Of a stretch of 64,000 bases of DNA, positions 40,403 to 52,117 are shown one piece after another. Every line of letters starts with the position of its first letter. Within the stretch, counting starts at the first letter, position 1. The DNA comes from Candidatus Poribacteria bacterium (GTDB lineage Bacteria; Poribacteria; WGA-4E; WGA-3G), in NCBI GenBank assembly GCA_965197475.1, contig CBDANF010000002.1, positions 96,001 to 160,000 on the forward strand, written 5' to 3'. A model generated the notes under the pieces. It was not told where the DNA came from and did no database searches. It saw only the letters and a list, made by a program, of their open reading frames with translations. The translations under genes were made by a program, and so were the position numbers.

Positions 40403-41740
40403 ATGCCTTCACAACCCAATATTCTTTTTATGATCGCTGATGACCATCGGTGGGATGCCATCGCAGGTATGGGCGATCCAACGGTAAAAACGCCAACGAT
40501 GGATTCACTTATGGCACGTGGGACAACGTTCCGACAAACCCATATCATGGGTTCTCTCGTTGGAGCAGTCTGTGTGCCAAGCCGCGCCGCTGTCCTCACT
40601 AGTGCCAATCTTTTCCGTAGCGGTGGGAACCAGATTAACCGAGATTTGGCAGTCTGGCCTCAAGTAATGCGCGAGGCAGGCTATAGTACATTTGGCACAG
40701 GTAAATGGCATAATGACAGACAAACATATACCGATAGCTTCGCTGATGGTGCCAAGATTTTCTTTGGCGGAATGGGCAACCAATATAAAGTGCCCGTTTT
40801 TGACTACGATCTGACCGGTGCATACCCGAAAGAAGCCAAATATATCGGTGATAAGTTTTCTACGGAACTGTTTACGGATGCCACCGTGCAGTTTTTAGAA
40901 AACTACGACCAAACAGACCCATTTTTCCTCTATCTTTCCTTTACTTCACCACACGATCCGCGGACACCACCAGGCGAATACGCGACGATGTATTCACCTG
41001 ATGAGATACCCGTTCCAGAGAACTTCTATCCGGAACATCCGTTTGACAACGGGGAAATGCGAATTCGTGATGAAGTGTTGGCACCTTTCCCGCGCACTCC
41101 TGAAATTGTGCAACAACACATCGCTGATTATTACGGCATGATCACTCATCAAGATGCAGAGATGGGACGAGTCCTGCAGACGTTAGAAGCAAAAGGGCAC
41201 CTTGATAACACTATCATTATCTACACCGCCGACCACGGACTCGCTGTCGGGCAACACGGACTGTTGGGTAAACAGAATCTTTATAGTCACAGTATCCGTG
41301 TTCCATCAATATTCGCGGGACCAGGAATTCCAGAAGGACAAACAATGGACGCTTTGACCTATCTCTATGATGTATTCCCTACCGTGTGTGACCTAACTAA
41401 GGTTGGCTGCCCGGATACAGTAGAAGGTAGCAGCTTAGTCCCGTTGATGGAAGGTTGTGTTGATAAGGTTCGCGATACGGTTTTCGCTGCCTATAAAGAC
41501 ATTCATCGCACTGTCAGCGATGGACGTTGGAAACTAATCCGTTACTATGTCTCTAAAGATACAGGTAAAGGTACGGATTGCATCCAACTGTTTGATTTGG
41601 AACAAGACCCGTGGGAAACAACAAACCTGGCTGAACTTCCCGAACACGCCGAACGTATTCAGTCCTTAGCCACTGAATTGAAAAGATGGCAAACGGAAAC
41701 CGATGATTTCATGAAAGATGTCCCTGTATTGCCTTTGTAA
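40403..41740 (+). CDS. sulfatase (formylglycine-dependent)
   Basis: PNILFMIADD, CVPSR, GKWH, PHDP, ADHG. Confidence 0.93.
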   Translation: MPSQPNILFMIADDHRWDAIAGMGDPTVKTPTMDSLMARGTTFRQTHIMGSLVGAVCVPSRAAVLTSANLFRSGGNQINRDLAVWPQVMREAGYSTFGTGKWHNDRQTYTDSFADGAKIFFGGMGNQYKVPVFDYDLTGAYPKEAKYIGDKFSTELFTDATVQFLENYDQTDPFFLYLSFTSPHDPRTPPGEYATMYSPDEIPVPENFYPEHPFDNGEMRIRDEVLAPFPRTPEIVQQHIADYYGMITHQDAEMGRVLQTLEAKGHLDNTIIIYTADHGLAVGQHGLLGKQNLYSHSIRVPSIFAGPGIPEGQTMDALTYLYDVFPTVCDLTKVGCPDTVEGSSLVPLMEGCVDKVRDTVFAAYKDIHRTVSDGRWKLIRYYVSKDTGKGTDCIQLFDLEQDPWETTNLAELPEHAERIQSLATELKRWQTETDDFMKDVPVLPL

Positions 41741-41745
41741 GCTAA

Positions 41746-42978
41746 CTATTGCTTGGAGGAATGAGAGGTTGGAGGGTTAGCATCGCGCTCCTTCCGGCCT
41801 TTCCATTTTTCTTTTAACTTAGTCATACGCCGCCTAAAGGGTTCACGCTGGCCAATCGCAACCAATCGCGCAGCCTGCTCAGCCGCATCCGCTATCAGTT
41901 GCAGCGCATCCTCAACCGCATCCTCAAGCGACATCGGTGCCTGCACAATGCCTAACATCGCGTCAATCCCAGCTTCATAAACCGCTTCAGCCCCATCGCC
42001 AATACCACCGGCAATTGCAATAACGGGAATATTGTCTGCTTTTGCTACCTTCGCAACGCCAACGGGAGTCTTTCCAAACGCAGTTTGAAAATCCAATTGC
42101 CCTTCACCTGTGAAAACAAGAGATGCACCTTTCATTCTTTCCTTAAGTTTAACAGCGTCAACCATAATATCAATACCAAGCCGCAATTTCGCATTGAGAA
42201 ACGCCATCAATCCAGCCCCTAATCCACCAGCAGCCCCCGCGCCGGGAATATCGTTAAAGGCTTGTCCAAGTGTTCGCGTCAAAACTTTGTCAAAATGTGT
42301 GAGATGAGAATCAAGCGTTTTAACCATCTCAGGCGTTGCACCCTTTTGAGGACCATAGACATGCGATGCCCCGTTGGGACCAATCAGCGGATTATTAACA
42401 TCACAAGCGACAACAGTTTTCGTTTCAGCAATTGCAGGATGTAAACCCGTTATATCTATTGATGCCAATTTACCCAGTCCTCCGCCGCCTCGGTCAATCG
42501 GGTTTCCATCTGCCCTCAGAAATTTTACGCCAAGTGCTTCAGCCATTCCGGCACCCCCGTCGTTTGTCGCACTGCCACCGATACCAATGATTAAGCGTCT
42601 GCAGCCAGCTTCCAAAGTGGCGCGGATGAGTTGTCCTGTGCCGTAGGTTGTCGTCCGCAACGGGTTTCGTCTATTGAGTGGAACAAGCGGAAGACCAGAA
42701 GCAGATGCCATCTCAATCACTGCGGTTTCTCCATCCGCAAGGATGCCAAATTCTGCGTCAATCTCGTTCCCAAGCGGATCAAGCACACGCTGCGTTCGGA
42801 TATCTCCACTTGTAGCATCAACAAGAGATTGCACAGTGCCTTCACCGCCATCAGCCATCGGAATTTTTTCAATAATTGCATCTGGAAACACGCGACGAAG
42901 CCCTTGCTCAATAGCATTCGCGGCTTGCAGTGCTGTGACGCTTCCTTTGAATGAATCCGGCGCAACTACAATTTTCAT
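41746..42978 (-). CDS. glxK: glycerate kinase
   Basis: MKIVVAPDSFKGS, PMADGGEGT, GGSATNDGG, YGPQKGA, GAGAAGGLG, TGEGQLD. Confidence 0.93.
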   Translation of the reverse strand: MKIVVAPDSFKGSVTALQAANAIEQGLRRVFPDAIIEKIPMADGGEGTVQSLVDATSGDIRTQRVLDPLGNEIDAEFGILADGETAVIEMASASGLPLVPLNRRNPLRTTTYGTGQLIRATLEAGCRRLIIGIGGSATNDGGAGMAEALGVKFLRADGNPIDRGGGGLGKLASIDITGLHPAIAETKTVVACDVNNPLIGPNGASHVYGPQKGATPEMVKTLDSHLTHFDKVLTRTLGQAFNDIPGAGAAGGLGAGLMAFLNAKLRLGIDIMVDAVKLKERMKGASLVFTGEGQLDFQTAFGKTPVGVAKVAKADNIPVIAIAGGIGDGAEAVYEAGIDAMLGIVQAPMSLEDAVEDALQLIADAAEQAARLVAIGQREPFRRRMTKLKEKWKGRKERDANPPTSHSSKQ

Positions 42979-43118
42979 AACGGCAAGTCTAACATACGCA
43001 TCGCATTTTGTCAAGGAGTGAGTTGGAGGTGTTCAATGAATATGTAGCCAAGAAAACAATGATGTGTTATACTTTGTTAAACTGTATTTATGCTTCATAT
43101 TATGAAAACAGGTGACGC

Positions 43119-43883
43119 ATGAGTTGGCAACTTGAAACAACAGTCTCTGACGAACAGGTTGAATTTTACAACGAAAACGGATATCTCACTTTCGGACGTA
43201 TCTTTACAGAATCGGAATTAGACGAGCTTCGATATTATGTAGACAAAATGATTGAAAATCTACCAGAAGGCAAGCGTCCAGAGCAAATGGACGTACCGCA
43301 TTTTGAGCATCCATTCTTGTTCAAATACCTAACGCACCCACATGTATTGAAAGTAATTGAACGTTTTATCGGACCGGATATAGTCCTATGGTCAAGCCAC
43401 TTTATCAGCAAACGTGAAAACGATGGTATGGCGGTTCCGTGGCATCAAGACGGTGTCTACTGGGGCAAAATGTTAGAACCGATGCGCGTTATCACGATGT
43501 GGTTGGCAGTTGATGAATCCAAGCTTGAAAACGGATGTATGCGTGTCATACCCGAAAGTCATAACCTGCGGGATCGTCGTTATGAAGCAGTCAATCGTGA
43601 GAACAACCTCTTTGGAAGCGAAGTTGTAGAGGCAGACCTTGACATATCAAAAGCGGTTGATCTGGAACTGGAGGTGGGTGAGTGTCATTTTCACGATGCA
43701 TGGACAATCCACAATTCCAGTCCGAACGTCTCACAAAAACGGCGATGCGGTTACACAATGCGCTATATGCCCGCAAATGTCCGTTATCCGGGCGCTGAGT
43801 GGCGTTCCACACACAAAATATATCTGTTGCAAGGTGAGGACAGGACGGACGGCTTTAACACCTACACACCTGTACCAAAGTAA
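43119..43883 (+). CDS. PhyH family dioxygenase
   Basis: PWHQD, NGCMRVIP, IHNSSPN..RR. Confidence 0.92.
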   Translation: MSWQLETTVSDEQVEFYNENGYLTFGRIFTESELDELRYYVDKMIENLPEGKRPEQMDVPHFEHPFLFKYLTHPHVLKVIERFIGPDIVLWSSHFISKRENDGMAVPWHQDGVYWGKMLEPMRVITMWLAVDESKLENGCMRVIPESHNLRDRRYEAVNRENNLFGSEVVEADLDISKAVDLELEVGECHFHDAWTIHNSSPNVSQKRRCGYTMRYMPANVRYPGAEWRSTHKIYLLQGEDRTDGFNTYTPVPK

Positions 43884-43993
43884 CTAGCACACGCCTCAAG
43901 CTTTTATAACCCAAGTTACTGCCTATTGAAAATCGGTCGATTCCGTTATAGTTCAACTGATATTTATCAAAATTCTTCATATGTCAATGTTTA

Positions 43994-45148
43994 TCAGTGT
44001 TTTCTTGGTATTTGTTCATGAAAATGCTCGCTGAGATCAGACAGCATCTGCCTCTGTCCTGAAAGTTCAAGTTGTCCTTGATGAAAGGTTTTTCGCACGG
44101 AGCGACTGACCTGCTGTATCAAAAGGTAGCTCATCACTTTCACACCTAAGTTCGCATACGCGCCATTCCGTCCTTTTAGGCTCATGGATGCGAGGTTTAG
44201 GTCTGTTTTTAGATACCGCCAATACTGTTCTATACCGTGGTGTTGAGACCATATCCGTAGGATTTCACAAGCACGCAGCGGTTTCCCGAATACCAGCATT
44301 GTTCGGATGTTGCCACGGTCTGCCAAGAACAACACCACGACTTTTCCAAAAGTTGGACTTGTGGCTTTAGTGCGATAGACCGGTTTATCGCAACCCCATT
44401 GATTGGAGAGGAGTTTGATCGGCTTTTTATGCTCCGAGAGTTTCACCTTTTTTTCATCAATCGTCATCACATAGTTGCTTTTTCCGTGCACAAGGATCGT
44501 TTCAAATCCCATTTCTCGCAAGGTGTCAATCAAGTGGTGGCTGCCATACCACGCATCGAAGGTGATCGGATAGTTTCGGATATCTATTCCGGTCTCTTCA
44601 AAGAAAGACACCACTTCCTTGAACATAGTGATGACACAGGAGGGTTTATCCGTGTTCCCGCGGCCTTGTTTGCTGACCAGTCGCATATTCAGCGGAATGA
44701 TCTGATTTCCAATCTTTATTGTGATCCCCAATATATTTTGTCCCTTCATCGGCTGATTTGCTTGAGAAGACCACCAATCAGATACGTAGGAGAGCTCCGC
44801 TCCATAACGGAAAACAAAGGTATCATCCACACTGATGACGATACACAGACGCGATAGGGTAGAAGCACTTTTTGATACTGCCTCCTGTAGCACCTCTAAC
44901 GCAATAGAACACCCGATACGCACAAAAAGATGCTGCCAGAGATAAAGACTCATCGTATTCAGTGCCCGATATAGTCTCGCTTTCGGAATAGACAGCGCAT
45001 CCGCCACTTGATCCGGGTTAGTAAGTCCAAACAGATGACAGGTTGACAAAAACACTAAGGTATGAACAAGACCCTGTTTCAAGGTGCGAAACTGTGAAGA
45101 AAGAAGTAGTTGAAAAAAGGTTATAGATTTGATAAGCTGAGTTAGCAT
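43994..45148 (-). mobile_element. DDE transposase (IS4/IS701-like); probable element about 43912-45264
   Basis: ISVDDT, TFDAWYGS, WSQHHGIEQYWRYLK; only weak CAAG..TGAAAAT inverted ends. Confidence 0.8.
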
Positions 45149-45328
45149 GAGATGTCCTCCTAATGCATTTTATGTCTGAAACTGTAATTAGGATGGGCTC
45201 TCATGCTATAAAAGTCAAGGAAAATGGACACAGCAAAAACGCATTTTCATGGCGTTACACCTTGTTTCTATTGATGATTATTAGGTTGAAGACCATTCTG
45301 AGAAATATCAGTTAAAGTGTCCAATCTT

Positions 45329-45397
45329 TCGCTCCAACGGAGCGATATGTCTATAGAAAAAAGTGTGTTCTCTCTTCCGCTCCAGCGGAGCGGTATG
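45329..45397. repeat. REP-like palindrome pair
   Basis: TCGCTCCAACGGAGCGATATGTCTATAG and CCGCTCCAGCGGAGCGGTATG, variants of the 25317 unit. Confidence 0.65.
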
Positions 45398-45501
45398 TCC
45401 AGTGACTGTGAGCAACACATATCTGAAAGTTCTGTGCAGATGGTGTTTCCATGTTTAGATGTCAACTTAGATTATAAAAGCAATATAAAAAAGGAGAATT
45501 T

Positions 45502-46359
45502 ATGCGTCCCTATTTTGACGTACATTGCCATATCGGCATGACGGTATCACGCGCACCGGTTGTTGGACAGAGTGTCGGAAGATGTATAGCACGGATGGCT
45601 TCCGCAGGCGTTATCGGTGCGATCCCGTGTCCGACAGCAGGTGGACCACAAGCACACGGTGTCCTGGACACGCGGGCACAGAACGAGGTGATCGCGAGTG
45701 CTTGCCGGAAGTATCCAGATCGTTTCCCCATCGGACTTGGGATTGTGGAAGTCCGACATGAACAAGCAGGTGTAGATGAACTTGACAGAGCAATGCAGGA
45801 TGATGGCTTAGTCGGATTTGTGTGTCATCCGGCGTTGTCCGGACATTCACTTGGCGGTGAATTATACGCGTTCCTTGAAGTTGTAGGAATGCACAACGGA
45901 TTGTGTCTGCTACATCAGGCAGGTTCAACACAAAATATCGCCGCGTATGCACAACGGTTCCCGACGGTGACTTTTATCATCGGGCATGTCTCAATGAACA
46001 AAGCAGGACAACTTGATGCCATTGCACATTGTGCAAAGCAGGAAAATATTTGGTATGATGTTGCACAAAAACCTGAAGGTGCAGATGAAAGTTGGGACTT
46101 AGTGCACCTCGTGAATAACCTCAGCAACGATAGGATTATGTTCGGTAGCGATCTACCATATTATGATTTTCGCCTTGTTCAAGCACAGATTGAAGCTGCA
46201 GACCTTGATGAGACGAAGGAACGAATTGCATATCAGAATGCTGTGCGATTGGTGCAACAATTTCAACCAGATTGGTTGCCAACGCTAACCCCAATAACAC
46301 CGCCGCAGATTTACTCCGAGACTGAGATGTGGGATGCCAATGGTGTAAGATTAAAGTAG
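45502..46359 (+). CDS. amidohydrolase family protein
   Basis: FDVHCH, LLHQ, IIGH, IMFGSDLP, NAVRL. Confidence 0.88.
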   Translation: MRPYFDVHCHIGMTVSRAPVVGQSVGRCIARMASAGVIGAIPCPTAGGPQAHGVLDTRAQNEVIASACRKYPDRFPIGLGIVEVRHEQAGVDELDRAMQDDGLVGFVCHPALSGHSLGGELYAFLEVVGMHNGLCLLHQAGSTQNIAAYAQRFPTVTFIIGHVSMNKAGQLDAIAHCAKQENIWYDVAQKPEGADESWDLVHLVNNLSNDRIMFGSDLPYYDFRLVQAQIEAADLDETKERIAYQNAVRLVQQFQPDWLPTLTPITPPQIYSETEMWDANGVRLK

Positions 46360-46374
46360 ATAAAAAAATAGAGA

Positions 46375-47235
46375 CTATTTAACAATCTCAACTGCACGAA
46401 TCCGATGACGGAGAACAAAGATACATAGAGCTGTCAGTGCAGTTAATGTAAGGAGCGTCCAAGACCAATGTATATTGTAGCCACTTTCCAAATCGAAGAG
46501 GGCAGTTCCAAGTCGATCATAGTTCGCCCAGATGGAAACCAAAGCGATTGTGCTGGTTCGAAAAACCTCTTTAAGGATGAGGTGGAGAACAGGCAATCCA
46601 AACCAAACAGCACAAAAGCCGATTGTCGCATAGCGAGAATTTTTGGTTAGCGATGAGAAAAACAACATCAATAGGCTTGTAATGGCAGTGATTACAACCG
46701 AATAAACGATGATGGAGAGCAGTATCCAATAATTTTCTTTAAGGAAGGGTGTATCAGTTAACAACACATGTTCAAGAAATAACAACAGTCCAGGAATCAA
46801 CGTCATGCAGGTAAGCAAGATGCCAATCACAACAAATTTTCCGATGAGGTAATCTACCCATGAAATAGGTTTAGAAAGGTAAAGAGAAAGCGCATTATAC
46901 TTCAAATCATTGGCAATTAACCCCGCCCCTCCGAAAATAACGACTAATGCAACCAAAAAAGCAGATGGAAACGTATCAATCCTAAATAGAAACTTCTGAA
47001 AAAAACCGCTATCAATAACAAAACCAGTGAAATTTTCCGGTAAAATATTAAAAATATAAATATAGATTCCGTAAGACAAGATGTAAATTACCGGTGGAAT
47101 TGCAACAATTAATCGAACAATTTTGCGTTGCGCGAGCAGTTTCAATTCTGCTTTTGCAATTACCCACCACCGTGTGTAGTTCCGAGGTTTTAGTGTGCCT
47201 TCCCAATGTCGATAGTCTTGTGTGTGAATAGGCAT
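46375..47235 (-). CDS. ABC-2 type transporter permease
   Basis: Six hydrophobic segments; LIANDL..LYLSKPIS..DYLIGKF. Confidence 0.85.
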   Translation of the reverse strand: MPIHTQDYRHWEGTLKPRNYTRWWVIAKAELKLLAQRKIVRLIVAIPPVIYILSYGIYIYIFNILPENFTGFVIDSGFFQKFLFRIDTFPSAFLVALVVIFGGAGLIANDLKYNALSLYLSKPISWVDYLIGKFVVIGILLTCMTLIPGLLLFLEHVLLTDTPFLKENYWILLSIIVYSVVITAITSLLMLFFSSLTKNSRYATIGFCAVWFGLPVLHLILKEVFRTSTIALVSIWANYDRLGTALFDLESGYNIHWSWTLLTLTALTALCIFVLRHRIRAVEIVK

Positions 47236-47237
47236 GG

Positions 47238-47738
47238 TTAATTCCTATAAATAGTGGTTTTTTCCAAGGTATCTGTAAAAGGTCCCTGTCTCTCAGTCTT
47301 GATTTCAACCGTAATAACTCCTAAATGTGTATCGCGTTCGGGGTCTTCTTCAATGAGTCTCCGTGGAATCTCTGCACTCAGAAGTCTATCAAGGCTATTC
47401 GGTTCCTGCGCCCATAGGACACCAATAAGCCTACCATCGTAAACCTTCCGATGTTTTTCGCCGTCACGCATAGAATAAACTTTCACGTTGGTAGTAAAGT
47501 CAGCCTCTGAAATTGTGCTAACGCCAACATTCGGACTAAGAATGCTCTGATCCCATATTAGTGGAATCCCGTGCTTATCAAGCAGATAAACCTTAATGTC
47601 TATCCGATTTACGCGTGGATCGGACATAATCCGAATCCCTTCAAAATTCTGGATTTCCCCAGTTCCGCATGCAAGCAAAGCAAGTACGCAGATGCAAACG
47701 AGCATAACTCCCTTCAATTGCAATTTTAAGCGAAACAC
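47238..47738 (-). CDS. hypothetical lipoprotein
   Basis: GGAGAGG RBS; lipobox LLAC. Confidence 0.75.
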   Translation of the reverse strand: MFRLKLQLKGVMLVCICVLALLACGTGEIQNFEGIRIMSDPRVNRIDIKVYLLDKHGIPLIWDQSILSPNVGVSTISEADFTTNVKVYSMRDGEKHRKVYDGRLIGVLWAQEPNSLDRLLSAEIPRRLIEEDPERDTHLGVITVEIKTERQGPFTDTLEKTTIYRN

Positions 47739-47919
47739 ATCAACCTCTCCTTTTGAATTTTAAGTTACCAGCTGCAGACTTCTATATTAAAAGTCTGTTC
47801 ACAAATTATACTCTTTTTAGGGTATGCGTGTCAATTCTTAAATCAGAACCATTCAATTGTCACAAGGTGCTCTTGTGGGAGGGCTTTCTAAGCCCGATTA
47901 TACCAATACTGTTACTGTC

Positions 47920-48291
47920 CTAAAATTTGGACAATTTCTGTCTGTTTCATGCTGTGTTCTCAAGTGATTTTCTATTTTTCTACGAGTTTTGTGCAAAGTT
48001 GTAACTCACAAAAAACTATTATAGGTTCAGCAAAGGCAGCCCCAGCGGGGCGAAATGTTTATAGCAAGCAGCACGACATACACACGGACAAAGCTCCAGC
48101 GGGGCGACAGGTATAATAAGGATAAGCTTGTCTTAATGTCTAATACCAAATTAACTTGATCCCACTCGGTAGGCGCGCTTTGTAAGCGCGCTGTCTGCCC
48201 AGAAAAATAAGACTAATCCCGTTAATTTGGTATTAGAGGTTGCATAAACCAAGCTGCCAGATAAAAACACAAAAAATTGTCCAAAGTGTAA
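47920..48291. mobile_element. MITE A, copy 2 (lacks MITE B)
   Basis: CTAAAATTTGGACAATTT / AAATTGTCCAAAGTGTAA; flanks TTACTGTC / TTACTGTA resemble an 8-bp target duplication; internal REP units. Confidence 0.7.
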
Positions 48292-48362
48292 TTACTGTAT
48301 TCAAAAAACCGAAAATAATTGCACTAAGAATTTGGCAACAAAAATCGGAAAATCGACAGAAA

Positions 48363-49172
48363 CTATCCAAGAATACCCTCCATCCGCGCACGTACCCACG
48401 CTTTGTGTTCAGGATGTGTGTGAATATAAAAGGTGCCGGTCTGAATAGCATTGTAGACATGATCTGCCACTTCCGCTGGTAACATTCCAGCCTCCATCTC
48501 AGCACGGACATTCCGAGAATCGCCTACAGCTTGCCGATGGTGGCGCGTTTTCTCTATTGGATTCTGCAATGCATCTGGACGGTTCCGGGCAGAGTCTAAA
48601 ATACCTGTTCGCACCCAACCGGGACACAACACATGCACCTGAATCTGTGATCCTTTTTGTGCCAATTCATCGACAAGAGTTTCCGAAAGTGCCACCACGC
48701 CGTGCTTGCTTACCTTATAGATACCTTCACCCGGACCTCGCACTAAACCGAGGATAGAAGCGGTGTTGACAATATGACACTTGGTGTCTTGGGCGAGCAT
48801 GCGCGGAACAAACACACGAATACCGTGAATTACACCCCACAGGTTAACACCCAAAACCCATTCCCAATCGGCGAGTGTATGCTCCCAGATAGGACGACTG
48901 CAAACAACACCAGCATTGTTACAAAGAATGTGTACCGCACCGAAAACTTCCAACGTCCGTTCTGCAAGATTCTCAACCTCAACAGCATTTGAGACATCTG
49001 TCCTTACAGCAAGAACAGTTGCACCTGTAATGCGCAAATCAGTCTCAAGTTTGGCTAACGGCTCTTCTTCAATATCTGCAAGGACAATCGCCATCCCTTC
49101 CGCAGCGAACCGTTCCGCCATACCGCGTCCGATACCGCTCGCTGCGCCAGTAATTACAGCAACGCTTTTCAT
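48363..49172 (-). CDS. short-chain dehydrogenase/reductase
   Basis: TGAASGIG, NNAG, YKVSK, PGWVRT. Confidence 0.95.
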   Translation of the reverse strand: MKSVAVITGAASGIGRGMAERFAAEGMAIVLADIEEEPLAKLETDLRITGATVLAVRTDVSNAVEVENLAERTLEVFGAVHILCNNAGVVCSRPIWEHTLADWEWVLGVNLWGVIHGIRVFVPRMLAQDTKCHIVNTASILGLVRGPGEGIYKVSKHGVVALSETLVDELAQKGSQIQVHVLCPGWVRTGILDSARNRPDALQNPIEKTRHHRQAVGDSRNVRAEMEAGMLPAEVADHVYNAIQTGTFYIHTHPEHKAWVRARMEGILG

Positions 49173-49868
49173 TCAAATCTCCGCTTGCCGTTGCTTATGA
49201 TATGATTCCAAGTTATCATTGGCATTCACAATCATCCATAACTTATCAACAATAGTGTGAATGTGTTTGCCCGGGAAAGCGAAGTAGAAATCATCGTCAG
49301 AGAGTGCGGTATAAACGCGGTTGCCGATGCACCCCAAGCTACTCGCACCTTTACCAGACTGAATGACAGCCGGTATGATGGCGCAGGTCGGTCTTCCCAT
49401 AGCACCGTTTTCTATCTCAACTTCGGCAGCAATTGCAGCTTCAGCCAAAAGCATCAACTGTCTTGGTGTGCCAGAGACAATAACAACATCTGGCGTATCC
49501 ATCATGTCTGTCAAAGGAGCGTAGACTGCATTCTGGAAGGGATTTTCTCGCGTCGGGATGCTTTGAACATCATCTAAAGTAAGATAACCGAGTTGATACA
49601 TATAATTAAGTGTGCCTTCTAGCTCCTCGATTTGTGCGTCAGGCAATTCAACATTGTGTGTAAAACACCCGATCGGGCAGTTGTAGTGGTCGGACGCTTC
49701 GGTGTAGAAGGTTTTGCCTTCTGCCGCACGACTCCAATAGGTACATCCGGAGGCTTCAGCTTTTTCCACACGGGGAACATCATCCGGTTGTGTGTCGTGA
49801 AACGTTACTGTGATAGGTCGTGTATCTAAACCGAGTAATTCTTCTAATTGATGAAAATCGTCTCTCAT
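49173..49868 (-). CDS. DUF169 family protein
   Basis: GCTYW..NCPIG..PDVVI..PRQLM..PTCA..SLGCIGNR. Confidence 0.85.
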   Translation of the reverse strand: MRDDFHQLEELLGLDTRPITVTFHDTQPDDVPRVEKAEASGCTYWSRAAEGKTFYTEASDHYNCPIGCFTHNVELPDAQIEELEGTLNYMYQLGYLTLDDVQSIPTRENPFQNAVYAPLTDMMDTPDVVIVSGTPRQLMLLAEAAIAAEVEIENGAMGRPTCAIIPAVIQSGKGASSLGCIGNRVYTALSDDDFYFAFPGKHIHTIVDKLWMIVNANDNLESYHKQRQAEI

Positions 49869-49909
49869 TTTTCTCCTTTTTGTTATTGATGAAATCAAGT
49901 TTCGAATGC

Positions 49910-52117
49910 TTACCGCGAAGGGACATCCCATAATATAACCGTGCCATCCCAATGACCTGTGGCGATTGTCTTACTGTCAGGCGAAAATTCAACAGTATTG
50001 GCACAATATGTATGTCCTTTGAGCGTTTTCAGATGCTTCCCCGTTGCAGCATCCCACAGTCGCACTGTACCACCGCGATTCCCAACGGGAATTGTTGCAA
50101 TTGTTTTGCCATCCGGTGAATACTTAACATCAGTACGGAAATTCGGTGGCTCTTCTTTCAAGGGGCTTATCGGTTTCCCTATCGGTTCCCCTGTGGCTAC
50201 ATTCCATAATCGTACCGTATCGTTTTCTATGAAAGCCGCGAGTATATCTCCATCTGGGGAGTACTGAATTGAGCGGACATAGTCATGAGGCAGTCTGGAT
50301 TTTTCAGGGTGCAGCAATTTAGTGAGGGATCGGTCTAAAGATTTGGCAATCCCTTCTCTATGTGCTACAAATGTTTTTATGTGTTTTCCTGTGGCAACAT
50401 CCCAAAGCCACGGTGTTTTGTCCCAGGGGGTAGTAATTGCTAATATCTTGCCATCTGGTGAATACACAACTGCAGAGGCTGTTGCTGTAGACGTTTTGAG
50501 TGTTTTTAAATTTTCACCTGTGATTGTATCCCACAGTCGCACTGTGTAATCGTCACAACTCGTTGCGATCATTTTGCCATCCGGTGAAAGCACACCATAC
50601 CTAATATTGTATGTATCCCCTTTGAGCGTTATTATGTTTTCACCTGTGGTCAGATTCCACAGTCGCACCGTTTTGTCACTACAGTTAATTAAGAGTGTAT
50701 CACTATCTGGCGAAAACGCGAACCCCTTAAGACCGTATGTATCTCCCTTAAATGTTTTTAGGTGCTGCCCTGTTTTTATATCCCACAGTCGTACAATCTT
50801 ATCACTACAATAAGTTAAGATGGTAGCACCATCCGGGGAATACGTACCATACTTAATTTCGTATGTGTCTCCTTTGAATATTATTAGATTTTCTCCCGTA
50901 GTTACCTCCCACAACCACACCTTATTGTCATTACAGTTAACTAATAATGTGTTTCCTTCTGACGAAAACATAACTGAAGAAATATAACCAGTATGTCCTT
51001 TAAGTGTTTTTAGATGTTTTCCTGTAGTAGTATTGCGCAGCCATGCCTCTTTCAGGACTTTGCCAATTGCGATTGTTTTGCCATCCGGTGAAAACGCAAT
51101 AGAATGAGCACCACCTGCATAGTCTGTAAAGGTTCTTATGTTTTTGCCAGTGTGTGCATCCCACCACCGCATCGTGTCATCCCAACTTGCAGTAGCGATT
51201 GTTTTCCCATCTGGCGAATACGCAACGTAATCAACTACGTCCGTATGTACTTTGAATGTTTTTATAGACTGTCCGGTGGTCACATTCCACAACCTTATCA
51301 TACCATCATAACCTCCAGCTGCGATTGTTTTGCCATCCGGTGAAAACGCAATAGAATAAACAATATTCCTCCAAGAGAGTATTTTTATCGGTTGTCCTGT
51401 GTGTGTATCCCATATTTGAACCTCACGGGTACTACTGTTAGTTCCGAGCAGCATCCTGCCATCCGGTGAAAACGCAATTGGGTTCTGATACCCATCAAAT
51501 ATATTTATAGGTTTGCTTGTACGCGTATTCCACAACCGAATCGTTTTGTCTAAACTTGCAGTAGCGATTGTTTCTCCATCCGGGGAAAATTTGACTGAAT
51601 AGATAACCTCTGTATGTCCCGTGAGTGTCTTTATGTTTTTCCCTGTGCAAGAGTCCCAAAGCCGCACTGTCGTGTCTGCACTCCCAGTAGCGATTGTTTT
51701 CCCATCTGGCGAATACGCGACTGAAGTGATGCCGTTAGTATGTCCTCTGAGGGTTTTTGTATTTTTACCTGTACGCACATCCCATAACCGCACTGTCTCA
51801 TCCCAACTCGCTGTAGCGATTGTTTTGCCATCCGGGGAATACGCCGCAGAATAGACTCTATCCGTATGTCCTCCTGTTATCAGGTCAAGTTCTTTTCCAG
51901 TCTGTGAATCGTAGAGCCAAACCCCAATCGAGGTCGTGACAGTAAGCCGAGCACCGTCTGGAGAATACATTATCTTCTGTATGCTACCTTTACCGAAACG
52001 GGCAATAGCACCTTCAGGTAAACCAACTTGTGTATAAGGTTCATATTGAGCAAAGGCGGTTGATAGACACAATGTTGCAGCAACAAATAACGTTAGCATC
52101 AGAAAAAACTTCTTCAT
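49910..52117 (-). CDS. secreted WD40 repeat protein
   Basis: Signal peptide, GLPEGAIARFGKG, many SPDGKTIAT..VRLWD repeats. Confidence 0.95.
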   Translation of the reverse strand: MKKFFLMLTLFVAATLCLSTAFAQYEPYTQVGLPEGAIARFGKGSIQKIMYSPDGARLTVTTSIGVWLYDSQTGKELDLITGGHTDRVYSAAYSPDGKTIATASWDETVRLWDVRTGKNTKTLRGHTNGITSVAYSPDGKTIATGSADTTVRLWDSCTGKNIKTLTGHTEVIYSVKFSPDGETIATASLDKTIRLWNTRTSKPINIFDGYQNPIAFSPDGRMLLGTNSSTREVQIWDTHTGQPIKILSWRNIVYSIAFSPDGKTIAAGGYDGMIRLWNVTTGQSIKTFKVHTDVVDYVAYSPDGKTIATASWDDTMRWWDAHTGKNIRTFTDYAGGAHSIAFSPDGKTIAIGKVLKEAWLRNTTTGKHLKTLKGHTGYISSVMFSSEGNTLLVNCNDNKVWLWEVTTGENLIIFKGDTYEIKYGTYSPDGATILTYCSDKIVRLWDIKTGQHLKTFKGDTYGLKGFAFSPDSDTLLINCSDKTVRLWNLTTGENIITLKGDTYNIRYGVLSPDGKMIATSCDDYTVRLWDTITGENLKTLKTSTATASAVVYSPDGKILAITTPWDKTPWLWDVATGKHIKTFVAHREGIAKSLDRSLTKLLHPEKSRLPHDYVRSIQYSPDGDILAAFIENDTVRLWNVATGEPIGKPISPLKEEPPNFRTDVKYSPDGKTIATIPVGNRGGTVRLWDAATGKHLKTLKGHTYCANTVEFSPDSKTIATGHWDGTVILWDVPSR